From NCBI GenBank assembly GCA_963739305.1, contig CAVTZU010000024.1, positions 10,245 through 74,244 on the forward strand: 64,000 nucleotides of DNA, in the 5' to 3' direction. The stretch comes from Candidatus Bathyarchaeota archaeon. GTDB taxonomy: Archaea > Thermoproteota > Bathyarchaeia > Bathyarchaeales > Bathycorpusculaceae. Below the pieces are notes generated by a model. It had not been told where the DNA came from. It saw nothing but the letters and a program-made list of their open reading frames with translations, and made no database searches. Below are positions 9,428 to 18,815 of this stretch, one piece after another (the first letter of the stretch is position 1; every line of letters begins with the position of its first letter). A program made the position numbers and the translations under genes.

Positions 9428-9880
9428 CTATTTGCCAGATACAGAACTCAATTTCTCAAGTTTTTCCCGATTTCTCTTGAAGAAACCCAAAAAGGATTTT
9501 GTTAGATCTCTCTTCTCAACATCTTCAAAAGCAACCCATTCAAGCTCCGCGGCATCGCTCGCCGCTGTGGGAGTTCCTCCCTGAAGCTTAACAAAATAAT
9601 CGATAATAACAAAATGGTACTTCACACCACCATGCTCGTCTAGAGTAACCTGATTGATGACATCAAGCGGTTCAGGCTCGCTAACTCTTAGACCGGTTTC
9701 TTCCATCGTTTCTCTCGTAACGGTCTGTTCCAAAGTCTCGCCTAGTTCCACGACGCCTCCTGGAATGCTCCATTTTCCTCGTCCAGGATCGTTCTTCCTT
9801 TTCTCGAGTAGAATCTCACCATTACGAATTATCACCACCCCGACGCCAACTATGGGGCGATTCGGGTAGAGTCTACTCAA
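9428..9880 (-). CDS. NUDIX hydrolase (ADP-ribose pyrophosphatase-like)
   Basis: Nudix box GGVVELGETLEQTVTRETMEETG. Confidence 0.92.
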   Translation of the reverse strand: MSRLYPNRPIVGVGVVIIRNGEILLEKRKNDPGRGKWSIPGGVVELGETLEQTVTRETMEETGLRVSEPEPLDVINQVTLDEHGGVKYHFVIIDYFVKLQGGTPTAASDAAELEWVAFEDVEKRDLTKSFLGFFKRNREKLEKLSSVSGK

Positions 9881-9905
9881 ATCTCATCCTCTTAACAAGT
9901 CAGTC

Positions 9906-10046
9906 TCATTCGTACCTTAGGGCGTCTGCAGGTTTAAGTTTTGATGCTCGCCAAGCTGGGTACGATGCAAAGAGGACACTGACACCTAGACCAAATCCCA
10001 TTGCTCCGAGGAAAACCGAAGGAATCAAGACAGTTGTTATCGTCAT
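9906..10046 (-). pseudogene. C-terminal remnant of FtsX/MacB-type ABC permease
   Basis: Manual translation MTITTVLIPSVFLGAMGFGLGVSVLFASYPAWRASKLKPADALRYE*, the typical MacB/FtsX C-terminus; rest of gene absent. Confidence 0.7.
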
Positions 10047-10076
10047 CCCGCCGTTTGTGGCTGCTTGAGCGCGCGC

Positions 10077-10757
10077 TCATGCGGTTTCAATTATTGTTCC
10101 AACAGGTTTTCCTTCAACAGCAGACAATACGTTCTTCGGGTTGAAGCCGTTAACAACAACAACCTTGACTTGATAACGACTCAGAATCTTGACAGCCTCC
10201 GGGTCGATGACCTGATGAATCCCTGCCTTGTGTCTTGTTTCTGATAACACTTTCAGCAGATCTTCGATTTTCAGATGGTCGATTTTCACTGCATCCGAAT
10301 GTTTCGCTGGATCCTTGTTATAGATGCCGTCCTGGTTCGTAGCTTTCACGAGCACATCGGCCCTTATCTCCTTAGCAACGAGAGCTGCAACGGTGTCAGT
10401 CGTCATGCCCGGCTTCAACCCTCCCATAACGGTCACTTTTCCTCTTCTAAGGCACTCAACTGTATCCCTAAGGGTCAGAGGAATTGCAGCGCATCCATTC
10501 TTGCCCAGCTTTTTCACGAAGAGCTGTGCAAAGATCCTAGAAGCAGAAATTGCAATCTCATCTTGGGCTGGCTCGGCCAGACCCATGTCCCTGGCAACGT
10601 TAATCATTTCTCTGGCAAGCTTTCCTCCACCGACAACGACAACAATCTCGTGTTTTTGCTTTTTCATTTCCTCAAGAAGCTCGACGTACTCCAGCATCAG
10701 TTGAGGATTAATCGGCGTAGCCACGACTGATCCGCCTACCCTCAGAACAACTCTCAT
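10077..10757 (-). CDS. pyrH: UMP kinase
   Basis: RVGGS, VVGGGKLAR, GGLKPGMTTDTVAA, TNQDGIY..DP. Confidence 0.93.
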   Translation of the reverse strand: MRVVLRVGGSVVATPINPQLMLEYVELLEEMKKQKHEIVVVVGGGKLAREMINVARDMGLAEPAQDEIAISASRIFAQLFVKKLGKNGCAAIPLTLRDTVECLRRGKVTVMGGLKPGMTTDTVAALVAKEIRADVLVKATNQDGIYNKDPAKHSDAVKIDHLKIEDLLKVLSETRHKAGIHQVIDPEAVKILSRYQVKVVVVNGFNPKNVLSAVEGKPVGTIIETA

Positions 10758-10806
10758 TGAATCAACGCCTTTGACCTACTATACGAATAGATCAGTTAAA
10801 AATCCT

Positions 10807-11643
10807 TTACAGGAAGCCCGTTAAGTCCTTCTGATTCCTGCCTCTGCCCAGCTGAATCTCAACCGATTCGGCGAAATCGATAGCCATGCCGTCCGACGCA
10901 GCAACAGTCGGTACGCCCGTTTTGTCCTGCACTAGCTTTGCTTCTTTCTCGGGTCCTTGAATCAACATTCTCATGCCCAAATGCGTCAACACTGCACGTT
11001 CGGGTTTGGTTTCATCGAGTATCTTTATCGCGTCATCAGTCGACATATGACCTTTCCACGGTTTCCCAGATGGTCTCATGACGCACAACGCAAGAACACG
11101 AAGATCACGATAGTATTCGACTATATTTTCGAAGTATTCTGTGTCGCTCGTATACGCGAAGTCTCCGAAATCTGTCTGAAACCTGAAGCCTACTGCATCA
11201 GGGTCTGTGTGCCTCGCCTCTGTTGTCAGAACTTTGACTTCTCCGACTTCAAATTCGACCCTGGGTTCCACCTCAATCTTCTGTGCTACTATCTGTTGAT
11301 GATATTTTGAAATTGATGCCTCGCAAACATCACTTCCTTCTAGCACGCTCTTTGGCGCAGCCAACAAACCTTGCTTGCGTGTCATGCCTCGCGTCATCGC
11401 TTCCACGAAGACCTCGGCGTCTGTGTAATGATCAGGGTGACAATGGGAAACTAACAAGGCACGAACACGCTGTGGGTCTAGTCCTTCTTCGATTGAGTGA
11501 ACAAGTGCGCCAGGACCCGGGTCCAAATGCAGGTTCAAGTCTTCACCAATTATTCGGATTCCAGCCGTTCGCCGCCTCTGAGTTATCGTCACGAATCTTC
11601 CACCGCCAGTTCCTAGAAATACAATTCGAAATTTAGGGCTCAT
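10807..11643 (-). CDS. Metallo-beta-lactamase fold hydrolase (archaeal RNase Z-like family)
   Basis: FLGTGGGR, DPGPG, SHCHPDH, YTSDT, LTH. Confidence 0.88.
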   Translation of the reverse strand: MSPKFRIVFLGTGGGRFVTITQRRRTAGIRIIGEDLNLHLDPGPGALVHSIEEGLDPQRVRALLVSHCHPDHYTDAEVFVEAMTRGMTRKQGLLAAPKSVLEGSDVCEASISKYHQQIVAQKIEVEPRVEFEVGEVKVLTTEARHTDPDAVGFRFQTDFGDFAYTSDTEYFENIVEYYRDLRVLALCVMRPSGKPWKGHMSTDDAIKILDETKPERAVLTHLGMRMLIQGPEKEAKLVQDKTGVPTVAASDGMAIDFAESVEIQLGRGRNQKDLTGFL

Positions 11644-11761
11644 GTTGAATACTCTTGCAGTCCCGCGATTTTTGCCTTGCGCAAATCTCGATTCGAGGCA
11701 TCAAAAACCGTTTTAACTCCACAGCAAAAGAATTAACCACGATGGGCAAGAAGACAGAACC

Positions 11762-12685
11762 ATGATTGCATCCGAGACAATCGTTTTGAAATGCGTTTCA
11801 CCCTTCAACTTTGATTTGACAGTAAGTTTGTTTTCCAACGGCGACAGTCAGATCAAAAGGTTCGACGAAGGAAGATTCTGGCAAGTCATAAGAGTTGACA
11901 ATCAACTGATGCTCGCAACACTGAAAAGTTCAGGGACGACTGGGCGACCAGAAATATCAGGCGAGCTAAGTTCAAACCGCAAAATCTCGCAAGAAAGCAA
12001 AGAACGGATCAAGAAAGAGTTGAACGCGCTTTTCGACACGCAATTTGATCCAGAACCCTTCTACAAACAGGCATCAAACGATGAAGTCTTGAAGAAAATT
12101 ACGCGACAGTTAAAAGGTTTGAGAATTCCATCGACCCCAACTGTTTTTGAAGCTCTGATTGATTCTGTAGTTGAGCAGCAGATTTCGCTGGACGTCGCTC
12201 ACACTCTCGAGACAAAGGTAGTAAGAACTTTCGGCGACAAGTTAAACCTTGACGGTGAAACCTACTATGCTTACCCAACGCCGAAGAACCTTGCGACAGC
12301 CACGCTTAAGAGACTTCGGAATTGCGGCTTGACCGTCAGGAAGTCCGAGTACATCAGAAACATCGCAAGACTTGTCCTCGCCAAAGAGCTTGATCTAGAG
12401 GTCCTCAAAGACAACGCCGACGTACCGAAGATAATTGAAAAACTTGACGCGGTAAGAGGCATCGGCGTGTGGACGGCGGAGCTAACGGTTGCGAGATCAA
12501 TGCACAAGTACGACGTGATCCCTTATGACGATATAGGCCTCCGAAGAGTCATCTCACACTACTATCGCAATGACAAAAGAATCACGGCGGAAGAAGCTTG
12601 CACAATCGCTGAAAAATGGGGAGAATGGAAAGGACTTGCAGGATTTTACCTGATAGTCGCAGAAACTATAGAACAAGCCAAATAA
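11762..12685 (+). CDS. alkA: DNA-3-methyladenine glycosylase II (AlkA, HhH-GPD)
   Basis: FEALIDSVVEQQIS, RGIGVWTAE, PYDDIGL, WKGLAGFYL. Confidence 0.88.
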   Translation: MIASETIVLKCVSPFNFDLTVSLFSNGDSQIKRFDEGRFWQVIRVDNQLMLATLKSSGTTGRPEISGELSSNRKISQESKERIKKELNALFDTQFDPEPFYKQASNDEVLKKITRQLKGLRIPSTPTVFEALIDSVVEQQISLDVAHTLETKVVRTFGDKLNLDGETYYAYPTPKNLATATLKRLRNCGLTVRKSEYIRNIARLVLAKELDLEVLKDNADVPKIIEKLDAVRGIGVWTAELTVARSMHKYDVIPYDDIGLRRVISHYYRNDKRITAEEACTIAEKWGEWKGLAGFYLIVAETIEQAK

Positions 12686-12836
12686 CAAATCAGCCAGGAC
12701 TTATCCCGAACCGATCGAAGCGTCCCATAGCCAAATAATCAATGTATGGACGCAGAATCAAAATAAAACCTGCAAAGCGTGCGTTAACGTGAACTCATGA
12801 AGCTTATTAGTGAAACAATACCTATTCCCTTTTGTT

Positions 12837-13742
12837 ATGTCGTCAGCAGAAGTTGCGGTCAGAGTTTTCCGCGAACTCACAAACGAAGACTTTCGAGTCC
12901 TCCAAGCCATAGAAACAGGAATGAGCCAACATGAATTCGTCCCCAAAGAACAAATCGCAAGATTCACCAAGTTCGACCTAAACCGTGAAACCGACTTCAG
13001 ACTCAGCCGAATCAACAAACTCGGATTAACATATCAGATACGAACGTCATACGTGGGCTTCACCCTGAACTACGCCGGATACGACTGTCTCGCAATCAAC
13101 GCCCTCGTCAAAGCCGGGGTTCTAGAAGCCTTCGGCAAACCGCTAGGGGTCGGAAAGGAAGCAGACGTCTTCGGGGCTCTCAACCCAAGAGGCGAAATCA
13201 TCGCGGTCAAATTCCACAGGCTGGGCAGAATCAGTTTCCGACAGACAGTCCGCAAGAGAGGCTACACGACCGAGCCAACCGCTCGCTGGCTCTATCAATC
13301 CCGAATTGCCGCCGAACGCGAGTTTCAAGCATTAAGCCTACTTTTCCCAAAAAAAGTCGCGGTCCCAGAACCTCTGAGTCAAAATCGACACGTCGTCGCA
13401 ATGGGAATGATCGAAGGCGCAGAACTCGCCAACTGGAAGAAACTCACTCGACCCGAAAGAATACTCAGAGAAATACTGCGAAACGTGAGAAAAGCTTACC
13501 TAAAGGCCGGCGTCATCCACGCTGACCTAAGCGAATACAACATTATTCTCAAACCGAACAAACACATCCTGGTGATCGATTGGCCACAATACGTAACGAA
13601 ACAGCATCCGAACGCTGAAGACCTATTGAAACGCGACGTTCAAAATGTTTTGCAGTACTTTGAGAGAAAGCATATGCTGAAATTCGAAATCCAAGAAAGC
13701 CTACGATACGTTACAGGACAGACTGGAACGCTTACCGCGTAG
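12837..13742 (+). CDS. rio2: RIO2 serine/threonine kinase
   Basis: N-terminal wHTH, GVGKEADV, KFHRLGRISF, IHADLSEYNI, IDWPQ. Confidence 0.93.
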   Translation: MSSAEVAVRVFRELTNEDFRVLQAIETGMSQHEFVPKEQIARFTKFDLNRETDFRLSRINKLGLTYQIRTSYVGFTLNYAGYDCLAINALVKAGVLEAFGKPLGVGKEADVFGALNPRGEIIAVKFHRLGRISFRQTVRKRGYTTEPTARWLYQSRIAAEREFQALSLLFPKKVAVPEPLSQNRHVVAMGMIEGAELANWKKLTRPERILREILRNVRKAYLKAGVIHADLSEYNIILKPNKHILVIDWPQYVTKQHPNAEDLLKRDVQNVLQYFERKHMLKFEIQESLRYVTGQTGTLTA

Positions 13743-13971
13743 ACACGTCTAGCATGATGTACAGTACGTTGTTGCCCCGCAACAAAACGTTTCCGTAATT
13801 CGTTATCAGCTGATCATCCTTGGATTCAGTTGCGCCTTCCAGGAGAATATTCATGTGGCCATCACACTTGATCATTTTGCCCTTATATTCACCGCCGTTC
13901 TTGAGAACAACCGCGATTCCCGCGTTCAACTGTTTTATCAGAACGTTAAGCGGTTTCTTGCTAGGTTCCAT
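13732..13971 (-). CDS. Sm-like archaeal protein (Lsm/SmAP)
   Basis: KPL..L, LKNGGEYKG, DGHMNILL, LLRGNNV. Confidence 0.93.
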   Translation of the reverse strand: MEPSKKPLNVLIKQLNAGIAVVLKNGGEYKGKMIKCDGHMNILLEGATESKDDQLITNYGNVLLRGNNVLYIMLDVSTR

Positions 13972-14153
13972 CTGAGCACCTTAGGTTTGAATATAATCAC
14001 AGATTACCACAAGTCATCACATATAAAAGCCTTATGAAAAGCGGTTCTGTTACCTCTACGGTTGATTAAGCTTTTTCTTAGTCGTGTTACTTTTCGGTGG
14101 ATAGATGTTCCTCTAAAAAATCGGTTGATAAACTGTTATTGTTAGTTTTGTTT

Positions 14154-14660
14154 CTAGTTGGTGATTTCGCTGGGTTCGCTGATTGCTTGAACGTTTTGAA
14201 AGAGAGGTCTTAATTCTGTTTCAATCCCATCTGCAAGATATTTGGAGTCTGTTTCTCTTACTTTTTCTCCTACGCACTTTCGGTACATTGCCATGACGAT
14301 TAAGGCGATGGGACACGTTTCGTCCCTTGGTTTTAGCTCCTTATGAATACGCTTTGCCCATACACAGCCCTCAACCTTCAAGAGATACCTGTTTTGCCCA
14401 GTTTCCGTAAACTTCAAGTTCTTAACGATGCCATCATCAATAAGCATGCTAGAAAAAGACGCGACTGCCTCGTCGATCTTTTTAAGCTCAAACATCTTCA
14501 TCCTACTTTCCCTACCGATTCTTGCTAGGCTTTCAAGCATTGGCTGAACAAACGATTCAGTTCCCGACCCTAGAACGTCCTTAATCGCCTTCTGCTGGGC
14601 AAAAAGAAGACAATGAAACAGTGTACCGACCCTTACTTCTGCCGAAACCTTGGCTTTCAT
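14154..14660 (-). CDS. Stand-alone V4R/methanogen-output-like small-molecule-binding protein
   Basis: VEGCVWA..H...CPIA Cys pattern typical of V4R-like domains. Confidence 0.55.
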   Translation of the reverse strand: MKAKVSAEVRVGTLFHCLLFAQQKAIKDVLGSGTESFVQPMLESLARIGRESRMKMFELKKIDEAVASFSSMLIDDGIVKNLKFTETGQNRYLLKVEGCVWAKRIHKELKPRDETCPIALIVMAMYRKCVGEKVRETDSKYLADGIETELRPLFQNVQAISEPSEITN

Positions 14661-15030
14661 CTATGGTGAACCTGAACATAATGATGAGTTTGATATTCTA
14701 AAAACATTGTGAATTTTGGCTCCACAAAATCCTTGGCAAAAACGAGCTCATATGAGCCCACAGACAGTTTTGGCAACTTGTTAAACGAGCCCCCAGACGA
14801 TTTTTCTTTTAGGTGTAAACTTGCCATATCAAAGAAAATATACGAAATATCAGAAATGTCAGGAAAGACCCTCAACACTTTTTCCGCAAATTTCTAGTCA
14901 AACCATCCGACGTTTGGAAACACGATAGACAATCCGATGGAGAGGTAACAGAACCTGAAAGCAGGCTCACGATTCGCTGATACGCAAATCAAAAATAACT
15001 ATCACTCACACTCTTTGTTCAGGGAAATTT

Positions 15031-15202
15031 ACGAAGTATGAGATAAAGTTCAGACCGTTATATTCGATGCTGGTGGTAAATTTGGAACGAGGCGAGCACA
15101 TGGTAGCTGAAGCGGGAGCCATGACCTACATGGACCCAAGCATCGAGGTTCACACGGCAAAAAAGAGAGCAGAGTCTTCTGGGCACTTTGATTTGTTCCT
15201 GA
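15031..15202 (+). pseudogene. Decayed AIM24/TIGR00266-family gene (N-terminal remnant)
   Basis: (ACG)KYEIKFRPLYSMLVVNLERGEHMVAEAGAMTYMDPSIEVHT, then shifted KREQSLLGTL and a stop. Confidence 0.65.
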
Positions 15203-15275
15203 TCAGGACAGAATTGAAAAAAGCGATGCCTGAACACAAGAATCTTAAGCAACCATCGGCAGGAAAAGACTTGAA

Positions 15276-16214
15276 ATGAAAATCGTCGTTGTAGACCACG
15301 TATATCTCGAAGCAAAACACGTTAAGAAACTTCGCTCACTTGGAAACCTCAGAGTCTTCAAAGAGCCACCAAGAGATACGGAGGAATTGAAGAACCGAAT
15401 AAGAGAGGCAGACATAGTAATAGTTGGCTGGAGCAACTTGACAAGAGACGTCATACACTTCGCCAAGAAACTGAAAATGATTTCAATATGGGCAACAACC
15501 TGTCACTACGCTGACCTCGAAGCTGCAAAGGAAAGAGGAGTCACAGTGACCCATGTCCCAGGCTATGCCACAGAGTCTGTTGCTGAGTTCACGTTTGCTT
15601 TGATGCTGGCAACAATGAGAAAACTCATGCTTGCCGACAAGCATGTTAGAAGTGGCAAATTTGATTGGAGGCCGTTCGGAGGAAGAGAGTTAGCTGGGAA
15701 GACTCTTGGAATCGTGGGCACTGGGGCAATCGGGTTTCGAGTAGCAGAAATTGCCCGAGCCTTCAAGATGCAACTTTTGGGATATGATAAATACCCGAAC
15801 CCAGTGAGGGCTGAAGAAGTCAAATTGAAGTACGTGGATCTCGAAACTTTGCTGAAGGAGAGCGACATAATCACAAATCATGTGACTCTCACATCTCAGA
15901 CTGAGATGCTGATCGGGAAGAAAGAAATCGCTACAATGAAGGATGGCGTGGTCATAGTGAACACCTCACAGGGCAAAGTGATAGACGAGAAAGCGTTGGC
16001 TGAAGCTCTAAGAACAGGGAAAATAGCAGGTGCAGGCTTAGATGTCTTAGAAGAAGAACCCCCGCGGAAAGACAACCCCTTGTTCAAACTTCAAAACATC
16101 GTCCTCTCACCTCACATCGGCTTCAACACCACTGAAGCAGAGACGAGATGTTCCGACATCTGCGTCGACAACGTCGTGACCTTCGTGGAGGGAAGAAGAC
16201 AGAACGTTTGTTAG
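15276..16214 (+). CDS. D-isomer-specific 2-hydroxyacid dehydrogenase
   Basis: ELAGKTLGIVGTGAIG, GAGLDVLEEEP, SPHIGFNT; NTSQG in place of usual N(T/I)(A/S)RG. Confidence 0.92.
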   Translation: MKIVVVDHVYLEAKHVKKLRSLGNLRVFKEPPRDTEELKNRIREADIVIVGWSNLTRDVIHFAKKLKMISIWATTCHYADLEAAKERGVTVTHVPGYATESVAEFTFALMLATMRKLMLADKHVRSGKFDWRPFGGRELAGKTLGIVGTGAIGFRVAEIARAFKMQLLGYDKYPNPVRAEEVKLKYVDLETLLKESDIITNHVTLTSQTEMLIGKKEIATMKDGVVIVNTSQGKVIDEKALAEALRTGKIAGAGLDVLEEEPPRKDNPLFKLQNIVLSPHIGFNTTEAETRCSDICVDNVVTFVEGRRQNVC

Positions 16215-16231
16215 GGAAAAGGTGAAGATAG

Positions 16232-17440
16232 TTGTACCTCACTAACGAAGAAGAAAGAATACTCAAAGGGGAATCAGGCGTCGGAACTCAGAAGGCGCTT
16301 GAGTTGCTAGTGGCGATAGGAGACGCGTACGACGCTGAAAAGATGGTTCCAATCACGCGAGCTCACGCGGCAGCGAGCGGTCAGGAGGGTGATCTATACT
16401 TTGTTGAGCTGCTGGCGGAAGGCGGAGCAAAGTGCAAAGTGCCTACGAGCACTAACCCAGTCTATGACATCGAATACTTCCACGACTCGTTCTCTAACAT
16501 ACCTGCAGATGAAGCTGAAGTAGCGAGAAGAGTAATGGAAGGCTACAAACGTCTTGGCGCGGTATTGAGCTGGAGCTGCGTACCTTACCTGAATGACAAC
16601 ATTCCCTTGTATGGGGAGATCGTGGCGTTTTCTGAGTCCAGTGCCACACCTTATGTTAACTCAGTCATTGGTGCAATGACGAATCGAGAGGCAGCACAGA
16701 GTGCACTTGCCGCAGGGGTGATAGGGAAGACACCCGAGTACGGACTCCTGTTCAAGGAAAACAGGAAAGCCACCCACCTTGTCGAGGTGAAGACGCCTTT
16801 AAAGGATGAGTTTGATTACTCGCTTCTCGGTTATTGCGTGGGAAAAGTTATCGGCTACGGAATCCCCGTGCTGACAGGGATATCCAAGCGCCCGAATACA
16901 GAGGAATTCATCAATTTCTGCGCCATGTCCAATACTTCTGGCGCGGTGTCAATGTTCTACATTCCAGGATTCACGGTTGAAGCGTCAACTGTGAAGGAGG
17001 CTTTTCAGGGTGACGTTCCGAAAGACAAGACAACCATCACCGATAAGGATCTCAGAAAAGCCAATGAGGAGCTGCAAACTTTCAGCGGAGAGATTGACTT
17101 CGTCCAGCTGGGATGTCCGCACTATACGCTTCAGCAAGTAGCTAAAGTCGCCAGGCTGTTGGACGGCAAGAGGATACGTGATGGCGTTGCGTTTTGGGTG
17201 TGTACTTCAGCTACAACAAAGACATTAGCAGAAAAAATGGGCCTCACGAAAACCATTGAACGAGCAGGTGCACGTTTAGTCGTGGACACTTGCATAGACG
17301 AACCATGCTGGATATCGTATAAGCAGAAGGTGGGAATGACGGATTCTCCGAAATGCGCGTATTACAGACGGTTCAAAGAGGTTGTCGTTGGAAGACTCGA
17401 AGACTGCGTCGATGCTGCGGTTAAAGGCAAATGGAGATGA
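16232..17440 (+). CDS. Aconitase X large (catalytic) subunit, DUF521
   Basis: MYLT.EE, TSTNP, SCVPY, FSESSA, NREA, GCPH, DTC. Confidence 0.88.
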   Translation: MYLTNEEERILKGESGVGTQKALELLVAIGDAYDAEKMVPITRAHAAASGQEGDLYFVELLAEGGAKCKVPTSTNPVYDIEYFHDSFSNIPADEAEVARRVMEGYKRLGAVLSWSCVPYLNDNIPLYGEIVAFSESSATPYVNSVIGAMTNREAAQSALAAGVIGKTPEYGLLFKENRKATHLVEVKTPLKDEFDYSLLGYCVGKVIGYGIPVLTGISKRPNTEEFINFCAMSNTSGAVSMFYIPGFTVEASTVKEAFQGDVPKDKTTITDKDLRKANEELQTFSGEIDFVQLGCPHYTLQQVAKVARLLDGKRIRDGVAFWVCTSATTKTLAEKMGLTKTIERAGARLVVDTCIDEPCWISYKQKVGMTDSPKCAYYRRFKEVVVGRLEDCVDAAVKGKWR

Positions 17441-17862
17441 CGATCGTGGAAACCTCGTTGAAATGTCACAAGATAATAGGTGGGCGCGGTGAAGGGGAAG
17501 CGTTGGTGTCTCATGAGCCGATCTGTTTCTACCTCACGGATCCTAAGACTGGTTTGATCAGGGAAAGAAGCCATGAGCTTGCTGGAAAGAGTGTTGCGAA
17601 CAAAGTACTCGTATTTCCTTCGGGGAAGGCGAGCTCGGTTGTTCAGATAGATGGGTTGTTCAAGCTCGCCCAGAATAATCTTGCTCCAAAAGCAATGATC
17701 GTAAAGGAGGTGGAGACTGTTCTGGTAGTGAGCGCGTTTATCGCAAAGGTTCCGCTGGTGGACAGACTAGAAGTAGATCCTTTTGACGCAATTCGGACGG
17801 GCGACTTTGTCAAAGTGGACGCTGACAAGGGTATCGTTGTCACGACGAGAAGAAATATTTAG
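17437..17862 (+). CDS. Aconitase X small (swivel) subunit, DUF126
   Basis: GEGEALVS, DPKTG, HELAGKSV..KVLVFPSGKASS, TGDFVKVDADKG. Confidence 0.88.
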   Translation: MTIVETSLKCHKIIGGRGEGEALVSHEPICFYLTDPKTGLIRERSHELAGKSVANKVLVFPSGKASSVVQIDGLFKLAQNNLAPKAMIVKEVETVLVVSAFIAKVPLVDRLEVDPFDAIRTGDFVKVDADKGIVVTTRRNI

Positions 17863-18056
17863 GTGTTCAACGAGTTTTTCTGCGGTCTAGAACGGTTCAA
17901 CCAAGTAACCATGTTTTCAAAGGAGGATCCCATTTCTCAGACTGTTGATGAGATCATAAGAAACTCCTTTCAGCTGCAATGGAGCGGTGACGATTGCGCT
18001 AATTGGGTCGTCTGTTGAAAAAAGTTGCTCTACTCTCCCCAGATTTCGTGGATATT

Positions 18057-18218
18057 TGGTCGGGCGGGCAGGATTTGAACCTGCGACAGTCCGGTTTCTG
18101 CGTGTTAGCCTGGTAGGCTGGGTGACATCTACTTTCAGTAGGCGTCTACAGCGTCTCCGTCAGCCAACTTCGTATTTTGAGCTGACTCGGAAGCTCTGCC
18201 AGGCTGAGCTACCGCCCG
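18057..18218 (-). tRNA. tRNA-Tyr(GTA) with introns at 30/31 (18153..18187) and 37/38 (18096..18145); CCA encoded
   Basis: Acceptor CGGGCGG/CCGCCCG-A-CCA (C1:G72, A73), T-arm GCAGG-TTCAAAT-CCTGC, anticodon stem TCCGG/CCGGA restored after removing both introns, BHB-type helices at both. Confidence 0.9.
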
Positions 18219-18282
18219 TTGCCCGATCGAGCTTCTAGAATGGGTGAAATGGATTTATGTGTTTTGTTGAGTGGTTTGGATA

Positions 18283-18297
18283 TAGAAGATTTTTCCA
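18283..18297. promoter_or_regulatory. 15-bp palindromic site (copy 1)
   Basis: TAGAAGATTTTTCCA, 6 nt upstream of TTTATTT TATA-like box of gene 18379. Confidence 0.45.
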
Positions 18298-18378
18298 TAA
18301 GCATTTATTTATGTTGAACGCTGTTAGACATATGGATATCTAAGGAAAGGAGAAGGTTTCAGAATAGGAGGTGAACGT

Positions 18379-18621
18379 GTGGAGTTTTCGATCAATGTGA
18401 AGCAAGGAATTGCCATAGTGTGGACATTTATTGCGGTAATCATATCGCTCATAATTACGATCTCAATCGGGTGGCCGACTTCATCTACTTTTGGCATGAT
18501 TTTCCCAGCGGCATGGGAATGGTTGGTTGTTCTGTTCTTTGGACTATTCTTGGTTCTGACCATCCCTGTCTACTTGCTGATAGCTCTGTGGCACATAGTG
18601 TCCAAGTGGGACGCAACGTAG
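18379..18621 (+). CDS. Small two-TM membrane protein
   Basis: Strong SD GGAGGTGA; two hydrophobic segments. Confidence 0.65.
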   Translation: MEFSINVKQGIAIVWTFIAVIISLIITISIGWPTSSTFGMIFPAAWEWLVVLFFGLFLVLTIPVYLLIALWHIVSKWDAT

Positions 18622-18815
18622 CTTCGGGAAAACTTCAACGTTTGAACCTCCGTAGGGCATCTGCGAGCCTCGCAGTGTCCTCAGCAAGTGACCAGTTAGA
18701 TTCTTCCTCAATTCTACATCATAGCACATAATTTAGATTAGGAAATCCCGGGGCAGTAGTTTTTTGAGAAATTCGATACGGTTCGTGGTCAGCCCTTTTT
18801 GGCGCCGCAGAGTTT

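Noticed and set aside
17863-18056. att site or integrated element at the tRNA-Tyr 3' end
   Set aside because: No duplicate of the tRNA 3' end and no integrase seen in the window
17987-18238. 83-aa ORF
   Set aside because: Antisense to tRNA-Tyr
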